In this document: in pieces, positions 35,895 through 44,249 of the stretch
Numbering within the stretch: position 1 is the stretch's first letter
How the letters are laid out: each line of letters begins with the position of its first letter
Origin: an uncultured Gammaproteobacteria bacterium
GTDB taxonomy: Bacteria > Patescibacteriota > Patescibacteriia > 2-12-FULL-60-25
Direction: 5' to 3'
Length of the DNA: 64,000 nucleotides
Assembly (NCBI GenBank): GCA_964598725.1
Contig: CAZRCW010000002.1
Span: 226,282 to 290,281, forward strand
Notes under the pieces: model-generated
Databases searched by the model: none
Seen by the model: the letters and a program-made list of their open reading frames with translations, nothing else
What the model was told of the DNA's origin: nothing
Translations under genes and position numbers: made by a program

Positions 35895-36485
35895 ATGAAA
35901 GAATCCCCTCTTCTTTTACCTGGCGTTATCCTCTTAACCGGGGTCATGGTCAGCGCCGCGCTCGTATTTCATGGTCGTCCGATTCAGATCATGCAGCCCG
36001 CGTACCAGTCAGCAACCGCACCCCAACAGATGATGCCATCACAACCGATGGACGGACGCATGATGGGAACAGAAATGACTTCGCCTACTTCTTCAGCCGG
36101 GAGCATGAAGCCTGCCACTTCCCCAGCAGCAACCACGACTCGAACGGCATCGACCGCCGCCCAACAGACCTTGTGCGTTGAATCAGGCGGAACCTACACG
36201 AATACACGCTGTAATTGCCCGACGGGTTACACTTTCTCCGGCGGAGAATGCTTTGACTCGTTCGGCCTTCAGGGAGGACGTACCGGAGCGAAGGTGAAGG
36301 CTCGTCAAGAACTCCTCATTCAAAAGGACACATGTGAGTATTCTGGCGGTGTGATGCGCGGATCAAGCTGCAGCTGTCCAACCGATTACACACTCAGCTC
36401 AGAAGGCGTCTGTACCGATGCGTTCGGACTTCCAGGTGGTCAGAATGGAAAGGATATCCAAGCCTCCTACCCAACAAATAACTAA
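35895..36485 (+). CDS. Membrane-anchored secreted protein with two copies of a Cys-rich module
   Basis: The start is MKESPLLLPGVILLTGVMVSAALVF at 35895. The modules are CVESGGTYTNTRCNCPTGYTFSGGECFDSFGLQGGRTG and CEYSGGVMRGSSCSCPTDYTLSSEGVCTDAFGLPGGQNG. Confidence 0.65.
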   Translation: MKESPLLLPGVILLTGVMVSAALVFHGRPIQIMQPAYQSATAPQQMMPSQPMDGRMMGTEMTSPTSSAGSMKPATSPAATTTRTASTAAQQTLCVESGGTYTNTRCNCPTGYTFSGGECFDSFGLQGGRTGAKVKARQELLIQKDTCEYSGGVMRGSSCSCPTDYTLSSEGVCTDAFGLPGGQNGKDIQASYPTNN

Positions 36486-36554
36486 GACAAGTTATCGTAA
36501 ACAAACGAGCTCCTATATGTGGAGCTCGTTTGTTCTTTATACGAATCGATAAGA

Positions 36555-38234
36555 TTACCAGCTTCCTCCCCCACCGCCACCGAAGCCGCCCCCGGAAGAA
36601 CCACCCGAGAAACCGGAGCCACCGCTTCCGCCACGTGTCTGATGGGTCATACCGGTCGAAACTGAATGGGAGACATGTGTCACAGCATGGATATACGCCA
36701 TACTCGTCCAGTTGACCCCAGCCCCCTGGATATAGGATGGCGGCGGAACAAAGATCCCTTCAAATTGCTTTGCCCACTCCTTCTCAACCCCAAGAGCGAC
36801 GGCGGCTGGCAAGAATTCAGCGAATTGCTCCGGCCGTTTCGCAGGCGCATCCGAAAAGGCTAATCGGTCTTTTTCGGTCACCATCAAGAACCGCTTGAAC
36901 CCGATTACCCGCTCATGCATCTCCGCGCCTGCCTGTGTCACCTTCGGCATCTGCCAACCAAAGAGACCAACAACAATGCCGAGCAGTACATATAACGGTG
37001 ATCCAACAAAGAACGAGAAGGCGACGATTCCAAAAGCTAAGCCCAACCAACCCCCACGCACCGTTGCGGGATTCTTGAGGAACCAGCCACGTGTAACCAT
37101 ATCGTCGGTCACAAGCTTCACCACTTTTTGATAGGCCATCCACTGAGAATTAGATGAACGAGCCGTCAGATCGGCTTGGGTTTGGCCACTGAAAACAGCA
37201 TTCAAACTCTCTTCTTCGTATGGCTGTAACGCACCTGCTGCTGGCAGTGTGAGGCGCGTATACAAAATCTGATCTGGATCTTCTGGGTTCTCTCCTTTCA
37301 GCTCAACCTTCGCGTACCCGCGCTTCGCTAGATCTAGCAACGTCGAGGTCATCGCTCGAGTTGACACCTCTTCATCAACCAAGCTTGCCATTAGCCCTGG
37401 TGTGAGACCATCAGGTGGTTCGTACTGCGGGATGATCACTCCACGACCGCGTGGATCACGTCCCCAGACGTACCAAATACCAACCATGACGAAACACAGT
37501 AGAATCGGTAATACGTCGAACAGATTATCCTGTAAGAGATACCCCAGCTTCGTCAGCAATGACTCTTGATGAATGGCTCCTTTTGGAAATTCTAAAACCA
37601 CCGTGAAGCCCTCGAGTGGACTCAAGCGGGCGGGCGATTCAGCGATCAAGGCACCACCTGTGGTATCGTTGCGAAAAGAACAGGCCGTTTCCTCTGAGCC
37701 TACAGAGCCGGTAAAGCACTTCTGACGGATAGTAGCCGGGCCAAAAAAGGTGAAACTCGCCTTTTGAATAGCGACCGGCCATTCATTACCCGTCACATTC
37801 CAGTACAACTCACTCGTATCCGAAAAGAAGTTGATCGCTCGATCGGTTCGGTAGCGGATGACGTACCGATGCGTGCCCGTAATCGTCGTGTTCGCATCGC
37901 CAATCTTTAAACCGACATCCGGCCCTCGATCTGCCGCCTCCCAAGGGACTGTTTGACCATCCATCGTCACCGACTCGATCGTGTAATCAAGATCATATTT
38001 GAGCAATGAACGGGAGTAGCGCTCCGGAATGTTCCGCAAAATACCATGACGCTCTGTCGCACCAAAATCATAATCGATCGTTTCTTGAAGCGTCAGTCGT
38101 CGCTCAGGTGTGAGCGTGGCTTGAACGTCAAAGCGCTTGATCACTTCGGCGGCTAACGCACCTCGTCCCAGTCCGAAGACAACAGCAGACAGGAAGAGCG
38201 CTACGCCGATTTTTTGGAACCACGAAAGAGTCAT
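36555..38234 (-). CDS. DUF2207 domain membrane protein with Gly-rich C-terminal tail
   Basis: Signal/TM at the N-terminus, a large extracytoplasmic domain, TM helices, and the tail GGSGGSGFSGGSSGGGFGGGGGGSW typical of DUF2207 proteins. The start is 38234 (MTLSWFQKIG) or 38258. Confidence 0.75.
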   Translation of the reverse strand: MTLSWFQKIGVALFLSAVVFGLGRGALAAEVIKRFDVQATLTPERRLTLQETIDYDFGATERHGILRNIPERYSRSLLKYDLDYTIESVTMDGQTVPWEAADRGPDVGLKIGDANTTITGTHRYVIRYRTDRAINFFSDTSELYWNVTGNEWPVAIQKASFTFFGPATIRQKCFTGSVGSEETACSFRNDTTGGALIAESPARLSPLEGFTVVLEFPKGAIHQESLLTKLGYLLQDNLFDVLPILLCFVMVGIWYVWGRDPRGRGVIIPQYEPPDGLTPGLMASLVDEEVSTRAMTSTLLDLAKRGYAKVELKGENPEDPDQILYTRLTLPAAGALQPYEEESLNAVFSGQTQADLTARSSNSQWMAYQKVVKLVTDDMVTRGWFLKNPATVRGGWLGLAFGIVAFSFFVGSPLYVLLGIVVGLFGWQMPKVTQAGAEMHERVIGFKRFLMVTEKDRLAFSDAPAKRPEQFAEFLPAAVALGVEKEWAKQFEGIFVPPPSYIQGAGVNWTSMAYIHAVTHVSHSVSTGMTHQTRGGSGGSGFSGGSSGGGFGGGGGGSW

Positions 38235-38256
38235 ACGAGTAGTGTACAATATCTGC

Positions 38257-39216
38257 ATGACCTTGGGGTTGTTTCGTACGCACCTTCAACATTGGATCGC
38301 CGAGAATCAGATCGTTGCCGTTCTGATTGGCTTAGTATTCGGCCTCGTCTGGCCAGGGGCATTCGCTTGGATCAACAAGTTCTCGACCCCACTCCTCATG
38401 GCCGTGTTCTTCACGTCCAGTTTACGTTTATCCGTCCCCGATCTGCTCAAATACGCTAAGGATTGGCGGATGCTGACCATCGCGAACGTCTTCATGCTGG
38501 TTGTGATCCCGCTCGCCTTGTTCGTTCCTCTCCACTTCTTATCGCATGATTGGGCCCTCGCCTTCTTGATTGCGGGCGCCATGCCGACCGGCATGACGAT
38601 CGCGCTGGTTGCAGAATTCTTCGGTGGCACACCTCCGCTTGCGCTCCTGATCACAGTTACTACCTCGCTCCTCGCACCGCTCGTCATTCCTCTCATCTTT
38701 CAAACCGCCATCGGTCAATCCATCCCGATCCCGGTTGGCTCGATGATGTGGTCCTTGTTCATCAGCATCGTCGTCCCCTTTCTCATCGCTGTGATCGTTC
38801 AGCGCCAGGTACCAAAGCTCATTCAACGCAACGACAGCCGATTACGCGTCCTGTCGGTTATCCTTTTCGGCCTACTTGTGACCGGGATCACTGCCGATAC
38901 AACCGGATCATCTCTTCCCGCCTTCCATCTCCAAGACATTCTTCTCGTTCTCGCTGGAACCGTTTGGATGGGGCTCCTCACCTGGGCCGCCTACCACCTC
39001 ATCTCGTGGCGGACGAAAGGTGAACGCCTGACGGTTGCGCTCTGTATGGTGTATATTAACAACACTCTCGCTTTGTTCATTGCCAATCGCTATTTCAAAG
39101 ACCATGGCGCCGTAGCGCGTGTCGTTATCATCTTGCTCGTCCTAAACCTGCTCCTTCTTCCGATCAAAGCAGCCGCACATTCGTTCCTTAAACCGTCCCG
39201 TCACGCCCTTTCTTGA
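38257..39216 (+). CDS. Bile acid:sodium symporter (BASS/SBF) family transporter
   Basis: About 320 aa and polytopic. TACAAT ends 6 nt before the ATG at 38257, which suggests a leaderless or near-leaderless mRNA. Confidence 0.65.
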   Translation: MTLGLFRTHLQHWIAENQIVAVLIGLVFGLVWPGAFAWINKFSTPLLMAVFFTSSLRLSVPDLLKYAKDWRMLTIANVFMLVVIPLALFVPLHFLSHDWALAFLIAGAMPTGMTIALVAEFFGGTPPLALLITVTTSLLAPLVIPLIFQTAIGQSIPIPVGSMMWSLFISIVVPFLIAVIVQRQVPKLIQRNDSRLRVLSVILFGLLVTGITADTTGSSLPAFHLQDILLVLAGTVWMGLLTWAAYHLISWRTKGERLTVALCMVYINNTLALFIANRYFKDHGAVARVVIILLVLNLLLLPIKAAAHSFLKPSRHALS

Positions 39217-39217
39217 T

Positions 39218-40222
39218 ATGCCCCGCACCACTTCCAAAGCTCCTATCGTGTTTGTCACACGCCGTATTCCGGATGAAGGGTTGAATCTCCTCAAGGAACA
39301 AGGTTACACCGTAAAAGTCTATGGCAAGAATCAAGCGATCACGCGTAGCGAGCTCCTGACTCAAGTAAAGGGTGTTGATGCACTACTCCCCCTGTTAACC
39401 GATAAGATCGATGCAGCTGTCCTGAAGGCAGCCGGACCATCGCTCAAGATCATTGCAAATTACGCGGTTGGGTTCGATAACATCGATCTCGCTGCCGCTA
39501 AACAAGCGAATATTCCGGTTACGAACGCTCCAGCGCCAGAAGTGAGTGAAAGTGTAGCTGAACACACCATCGCGCTTATGCTCGCCCTCGCGCATCGTGT
39601 AGTTGAGTCGGATGTGTTTGCGCGCTCCGGGAAGTACAAGGGTTGGTCGCCTGATCTTTACGTTGGAACGGATCTTCGCAACAAAACGCTCGGTATCATT
39701 GGCTTAGGCCGCATTGGGTATGCCGTCGGACGTCGAGCGGTACTGGGTCTTGGCATGAAATGTGTCTACAACACGCCTCGTCGTGATTCCGGCTTTGAAC
39801 AAGAAGTTGGCGGAAAGCTCGTACCCCTCGATCGCTTACTCGAAGAGGCGGACGTCATCAGCGTTCACGTTCCCCTCCTCCCCTCTACCCGACACCTGCT
39901 TTCGACCGACGCCTTTAGCTTGATGAAAAAGACGGCGTTCGTCGTGAACACCGCCCGCGGGCCAATCATTGATGAAAAAGCCTTGCTCCGTGCGTTAAAA
40001 ACCCAGCGGATCGCCGGGGCCGCCCTGGACGTCTTTGAATGCGAGCCAGCGATCGACTGTGACCTGACGGACAAGCTCTCGCTCGCCAAGTTCCCGAACG
40101 TGATCATGACCCCGCATACCGCCTCGGGCACGATTGAAGCCCGCCAAGCCATGGGACGCTTAGCAGCTCAGAATATCATCGCTGTTTTGTCAGGCAGAGC
40201 TCCATTGACCCCCGCAGCCTAA
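39218..40222 (+). CDS. D-isomer-specific 2-hydroxyacid dehydrogenase (glyoxylate/hydroxypyruvate reductase-like)
   Basis: The NAD-binding motif is LGIIGLGRIGYAVGRRA. ARGPIID, DVFE.EP and the catalytic MTPHTAS region are also present. Confidence 0.85.
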   Translation: MPRTTSKAPIVFVTRRIPDEGLNLLKEQGYTVKVYGKNQAITRSELLTQVKGVDALLPLLTDKIDAAVLKAAGPSLKIIANYAVGFDNIDLAAAKQANIPVTNAPAPEVSESVAEHTIALMLALAHRVVESDVFARSGKYKGWSPDLYVGTDLRNKTLGIIGLGRIGYAVGRRAVLGLGMKCVYNTPRRDSGFEQEVGGKLVPLDRLLEEADVISVHVPLLPSTRHLLSTDAFSLMKKTAFVVNTARGPIIDEKALLRALKTQRIAGAALDVFECEPAIDCDLTDKLSLAKFPNVIMTPHTASGTIEARQAMGRLAAQNIIAVLSGRAPLTPAA

Positions 40223-40236
40223 GAAGGAATGGAGGA

Positions 40237-41265
40237 TTACGCGGCCTCGTTCGCCGATGGAGCCGATGGCCACTGAGTACGACGAACTGCCTGTAAGGCT
40301 CGCTGTGCAGCTTCAATTTGCGCACGTTTATCTGGTGTTATTAAACGTTCACGAGCACCCTGCGCGATCAAATGACCAAGTTCCTCCTCTTGTCGATCCT
40401 GGATCTCACGGTGCTTAGCCTGATCCATTGTCATGGTATTTCTTGCGATTGTTGTTACTTGAGGCGGTCGACTGATTGTCTGAGCTGGAATTTCCTCAAT
40501 ATCCCCATCGTCTAAATCAAGGTACGGGATATCTTCCTCGCTCACGTCCGCTGGTCGCTGTGCCGCTTCCATGAGTTGGGCTAATGGAATCGGCCGAGGC
40601 GCTTCACCGGTTACGACTACACGCGGACGATTGGTCGTTTTTGCTTGAGCTTCTTGCGCTTCACGCTCCTCGCGAGCCCGAATCTGTTGTTCGAGCGGAT
40701 GACGGAGCGCTGGATTTGCCTTGAGACGCGCTTCTTGTTCTGCGCGACGAACGTCATCCGCTCTCTTCTGCTGAAGTCTGTAGGTATTGATGACACTCGC
40801 TTCCGTCTGCATCCGTTCACGTTCCGCCTGTTGTGCCATCGTTAACCGCGGAGGCAAGGGACTTAAAGAACGAGGCACCTCTCTTGGAGCAACTTCTCTT
40901 GAGGGCGATTCCCAAGCTGGAGTCGACGTCTGTGACTGAACGGACACCGATACCGTTGGATCATTCTCTAGCCCTCGTCGGTAGGCTTGATTCACTTCTT
41001 CAACATCGTGTTTCATGTGCTCACCCGGACGCGCCGCTGCTTTCGCACGTAATGCGCTCTCTGAAAAAACAACTGTTTTGTCATTTGAATGTGACCTTCC
41101 TTCCGCAAGTGACTCCCTCTCTCTCGGTTCCGCTTGAAGAAAATCCGAATCAAATGGCACTTCTGGCGGTCGATCATTCGCCGGCCTAGAGCGCACAGCT
41201 GACTCATCAGGCGACGGCATGGAAGGAACGATCCTAGGCTGTGTCGCCTCAAACATGTTTCTCAT
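40237..41265 (-). CDS. Hypothetical charged, low-complexity protein (Arg/Glu/Gln/Pro-rich)
   Basis: 342-aa ORF with backbone composition. I recognise no domain. Confidence 0.5.
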   Translation of the reverse strand: MRNMFEATQPRIVPSMPSPDESAVRSRPANDRPPEVPFDSDFLQAEPRERESLAEGRSHSNDKTVVFSESALRAKAAARPGEHMKHDVEEVNQAYRRGLENDPTVSVSVQSQTSTPAWESPSREVAPREVPRSLSPLPPRLTMAQQAERERMQTEASVINTYRLQQKRADDVRRAEQEARLKANPALRHPLEQQIRAREEREAQEAQAKTTNRPRVVVTGEAPRPIPLAQLMEAAQRPADVSEEDIPYLDLDDGDIEEIPAQTISRPPQVTTIARNTMTMDQAKHREIQDRQEEELGHLIAQGARERLITPDKRAQIEAAQRALQAVRRTQWPSAPSANEAA

Positions 41266-41361
41266 AACTGGTTATAGAATAGCATTTTCCGGCTGATCCG
41301 CGGGCGGCTATTTATCCCCATCTCGATAAACATCATCTTCATTGAGGTTACCACAGAAGAG

Positions 41362-41390
41362 TTGCTGTTTTCTCGTCTATTTGTTACGCT
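41362..41390 (+). promoter_or_regulatory. Candidate tRNA-Ala promoter TTGCTG-17-TACGCT
   Basis: Counted by hand. It lies about 30 nt upstream of the tRNA. Confidence 0.35.
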
Positions 41391-41418
41391 TCGGCGCGTT
41401 AGTGATTCCACTTCAAGA

Positions 41419-41494
41419 GGGCCCTTAGCTCATTTGGTAGAGCACCTGCTTTGCAAGCAGGGGGTGGCCGGTTCGAGCCCGGCAGGGTCCACCA
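41419..41494 (+). tRNA. tRNA-Ala (anticodon UGC), G3:U70 present, CCA encoded
   Basis: GGGCCCTTAGCTCATTTGGTAGAGCACCTGCTTTGCAAGCAGGGGGTGGCCGGTTCGAGCCCGGCAGGGTCCACCA. Confidence 0.92.
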
Positions 41495-41496
41495 TT

Positions 41497-41525
41497 AAAA
41501 GACACTCCTCAGCGGAGTGTCTTTT
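41497..41525 (+). terminator. Terminator after tRNA-Ala
   Basis: The sequence is aaaaGACACTCCtcagcGGAGTGTCtttta. Confidence 0.8.
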
Positions 41526-41543
41526 ATATATACTAAGAACACT

Positions 41544-41882
41544 ATGCCAAAAGAACGTTTTGATGCTGCAAGTATCACGACTACACATTTTACTGAGCCC
41601 GGAGTCATCCTGGCCACTGAAGCTGAACGGGACTTTTCTGAAAAAGTCTCTGATTGTCAGAGCTTCGAAGCTTTATTTGCCCTTCTCCGAACAAAAGCAG
41701 ATGGCATTCAAGGGACTAGTCGGATATACCCACCGGAGGAAGTTATTACACGGATTGAGAGAGTCAGAAATGGGCACGATGTACTTCAACGTGTAACTCG
41801 TACTTTTGGCATTAACAGCAAGGTCGAAGAACTGCTACAGACAGATAAGACGTTTGCAAAGCGCGTCCTAAATCGGAAATAG
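41544..41882 (+). CDS. Small hypothetical protein (112 aa)
   Basis: MPKERFDAASITTTHFTEPGVILATEAERDF... The longer ORF start at 41517 falls inside the terminator hairpin, so 41544 is preferred. Confidence 0.5.
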   Translation: MPKERFDAASITTTHFTEPGVILATEAERDFSEKVSDCQSFEALFALLRTKADGIQGTSRIYPPEEVITRIERVRNGHDVLQRVTRTFGINSKVEELLQTDKTFAKRVLNRK

Positions 41883-41968
41883 AGCACTACAGCTATACGA
41901 CCATCGCTAGCTGCCTCGGCTCTAAAACAATCCGGTTCCAAAATTGGTCGGTGTGGTCCACCAGCATC

Positions 41969-41994
41969 AGACACTTCGATAAGAAGTGTCTTTT
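41969..41994 (+). terminator. Terminator related in sequence to the tRNA-Ala terminator
   Basis: The sequence is caGACACTTCgataaGAAGTGTCtttta. It is the same stem as 41497..41525, with a compensatory C-G to T-A change. Confidence 0.75.
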
Positions 41995-42082
41995 ATTATT
42001 TTCAATTCGTTACTAAAAGCAAAGCGCGCACCCGTGGGCGGCTGAACGAGTGCGTTCTTTGCCGTCCCGCGGATGCGCGAGA

Positions 42083-42406
42083 TCACCTCCTCTTTCTCGG
42101 CTCCCTGAGAACCGCGTCATGAGCGACGAGCTGCCCAGTCTGCAGACGCATGATGGCGATATCTGCCTGGAAGGCGTAGTACTCGCAACAGACGCGCCCG
42201 AGACCGTCGTAACCGGCGCTGGGCGTGATGCCGATACGCATGTCTCCGACCTGCACCGGCGTAGACTCGTCGCCAACGACCAGCGGCAGGCCCAGACGAG
42301 CCGTCTCCGCTCGAATCAGCTCCTCCTCCGGAAGGCTAGCCTTGATGACGACGCGTTGTACGATCGTCTTCCTATACCCAATCTCGATCCGTACTCTTAC
42401 ACTCAC
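42083..42406 (-). CDS. GC-rich orphan ORF, 107 aa
   Basis: GGAGGG lies 5 nt before the GTG at 42406. The protein reads SVRVRIEIGYRKTIVQRVVIKASLPEEELIRAETARLGLPLVVGDESTPVQVGDMRIGITPSAGYDGLGRVCCEYYAFQ... I recognise no family. Confidence 0.55.
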   Translation of the reverse strand: MSVRVRIEIGYRKTIVQRVVIKASLPEEELIRAETARLGLPLVVGDESTPVQVGDMRIGITPSAGYDGLGRVCCEYYAFQADIAIMRLQTGQLVAHDAVLREPRKRR

Positions 42407-42466
42407 ACGTTTACCCTCCAATCAGAGAAGTGGCATTCTGCCACAGAACGTCGTTTCCGACATAAT

Positions 42467-42494
42467 ATGATACTAAAAACCCTCTGGTAGTCAA
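42467..42494 (-). promoter_or_regulatory. Candidate promoter TTGACT-16-TATCAT for the 107-aa ORF
   Basis: The minus strand reads gcTTGACTaccagagggtttttagTATCATatt. Confidence 0.4.
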
Positions 42495-42525
42495 GCAATG
42501 TAGCGCGGATGCGTGCCCAGAAAAG

Positions 42526-42557
42526 AAAAGAAGCTTACGCTTTTGTAAGCTTCTTTT
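42526..42557. terminator. Bidirectional terminator after the Ig-repeat surface protein gene
   Basis: The sequence is aaaagAAGCTTACgcttttGTAAGCTTcttttc. Confidence 0.8.
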
Positions 42558-42582
42558 CCACACACCGTTTGTTTCTTTATAA

Positions 42583-44241
42583 CTAGCGTGGCAACACATC
42601 GCTTGGGAACACTGCTGTACTCTGCGCTCCATTCACACTGTAATCCCCTGACCGATCGACATCCGCTCCAAAGCGATAATCCATGTAGAAGGCATCGGAA
42701 ACATCATCCGTCTGGCGGGCCCAGAATGGTCCGTAGAGCGCTTGGGCCACCGCTTCGGTCTTCACCCAACGTAGACGACGATCCGAATCAACAGCGTAGA
42801 CACGAGGGTCGGTCGCGAACTTCACCAATCGTGAGCCTGGGCGGTAGGTCAGGTTCGCACCGAGCGGAATATCGGCCAATTCACGTGGAGCAACGATGCG
42901 GACGCGCGAGAAGTCAGGGAACCAAGTGAAGTAAACCTTTGGATTCGGAAAAGAATGACGACGACCATCAGCACCGACGTAATACACTGTGGTGTCGAAC
43001 TGCGTATCTGGGTTCCCATCATCCTGCAATTTGATCAGATCGTGTACTTGCACGCCAATCAAGTCGATGCGGCGCAGACGATTCGAGAGATCTGGATCAA
43101 TCGAGGCCGAGACAACTGGCTGAGCTGGACGAATGTTGATGGTACGTTCCGCGCGAACCAAGCGATTGGATTGATCACGCACTTGAACGGTGAACGTGAA
43201 GATTCCGTATTGATTAGCGTAACCGGACAATTGACCGCTTGAAGAGAAGCTCAACCCTGTAGGGATATTTCCCGAGGCGATACTCCATTCAAATGGCGAT
43301 TGACCACCGGACAAACTCAGCGGGCCGGCTGAGTAGTAACTCCCGATCGTTCCATCTGGGAAACCGCTCGTAATCGCAAACGGCGTCGTAGCCGGCGGTG
43401 CAATGACCTCGTCCTTTGGAAGAATCTGTAGTTTGAACAAGTTTGTGTACTGAAGCCCAGCGACATCACGGACACGGACCGTAGCTTGCACTAAATAGAC
43501 TCCGGCCGCTGTCGGCGTTCCCCGAACCGCTCCATTCTCATTTGCTGTTAGTCCGTTCGGGAGCTGAGAGATTTCCCACACATAGCGCGCTCCCGCTGGC
43601 CCGCCAATTGCGCCAAAATCTTGTTGGTAACTCGTCCCAACACGACCCGATGGCAGGTCTTGGGCGGTTGTAATTCCAAGCGTCATCGCCGTAGTCGTTG
43701 CCGGCTGTTCGGGTGGCTTCACACCATCCCCAACAATATTCAACGTAAACTGACTGACTCCGTTTAGACCATCTTTGCCAAAGTTCAAACGGAAAAGCGA
43801 AGAACCAATCGCCGTCGGGACACCTCGAATAATGCCTTGTGCTTCATCCAGCGTTAAGCCGGGAGGTAACGTTCCCTGCTCCAACACCCAACGCGTTCCC
43901 GCACCGGTACTGGCGTACAGCATCGTTTTATATTCTCGTCCAACGTAACCATCAGGCAGACGTGGATCCATCGTCAGAGTTGCCGCTGGAGCCTGAACGA
44001 TTACTGGCGTTTCTGGTTGAGTAGGAACAACTTGCTGCTGAACCTGTTCTGGCGGCAGATTCCAAACACGCCAATCGTAGTCGTAATAACCGAGCGCATA
44101 AGCGGCGAGGCCGGTTGCAAGCGCGGCGGATGACACGAGGAAGACTTTCGTCTGGGTGGAGATGGAAGTTTGGACCATAGAGAATCCAGAAAGGACCAAG
44201 AGGGAATGAGGTTGCAGGAAGTATACCAAAGAACGTACCAT
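42583..44241 (-). CDS. Membrane-anchored surface protein with putative Ig-like (He_PIG-type) repeats and a conserved C-terminal domain
   Basis: The N-terminal anchor is VFLVSSAALATGLAAYALGYY. Repeats of the form LP.G..G..Y...L.A.GG...W....G.LP.GL.L...G.I.G.PT follow. The C-terminal roughly 110 aa are shared with ORF 49781..51460. Confidence 0.7.
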   Translation of the reverse strand: MVRSLVYFLQPHSLLVLSGFSMVQTSISTQTKVFLVSSAALATGLAAYALGYYDYDWRVWNLPPEQVQQQVVPTQPETPVIVQAPAATLTMDPRLPDGYVGREYKTMLYASTGAGTRWVLEQGTLPPGLTLDEAQGIIRGVPTAIGSSLFRLNFGKDGLNGVSQFTLNIVGDGVKPPEQPATTTAMTLGITTAQDLPSGRVGTSYQQDFGAIGGPAGARYVWEISQLPNGLTANENGAVRGTPTAAGVYLVQATVRVRDVAGLQYTNLFKLQILPKDEVIAPPATTPFAITSGFPDGTIGSYYSAGPLSLSGGQSPFEWSIASGNIPTGLSFSSSGQLSGYANQYGIFTFTVQVRDQSNRLVRAERTINIRPAQPVVSASIDPDLSNRLRRIDLIGVQVHDLIKLQDDGNPDTQFDTTVYYVGADGRRHSFPNPKVYFTWFPDFSRVRIVAPRELADIPLGANLTYRPGSRLVKFATDPRVYAVDSDRRLRWVKTEAVAQALYGPFWARQTDDVSDAFYMDYRFGADVDRSGDYSVNGAQSTAVFPSDVLPR

Positions 44242-44249
44242 ATGGGCAT

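Noticed and set aside
41362-41796. A 144-aa plus-strand ORF spanning tRNA-Ala
   Set aside because: It reads straight through the tRNA-Ala gene and its terminator. The shorter ORF starting at 41544 is the plausible gene.
44001-44249. An 82-aa minus-strand ORF with a perfect AAGGAGG-7nt-ATG
   Set aside because: It is out of frame with, and nested in, the 5' end of the 552-aa surface protein gene. The product (MPIWYVLWYTSCNLIPSW...) is not protein-like. The SD may serve the ATG at 44241, 15 nt downstream, or may be fortuitous. A sequencing frameshift cannot be excluded but is not needed.
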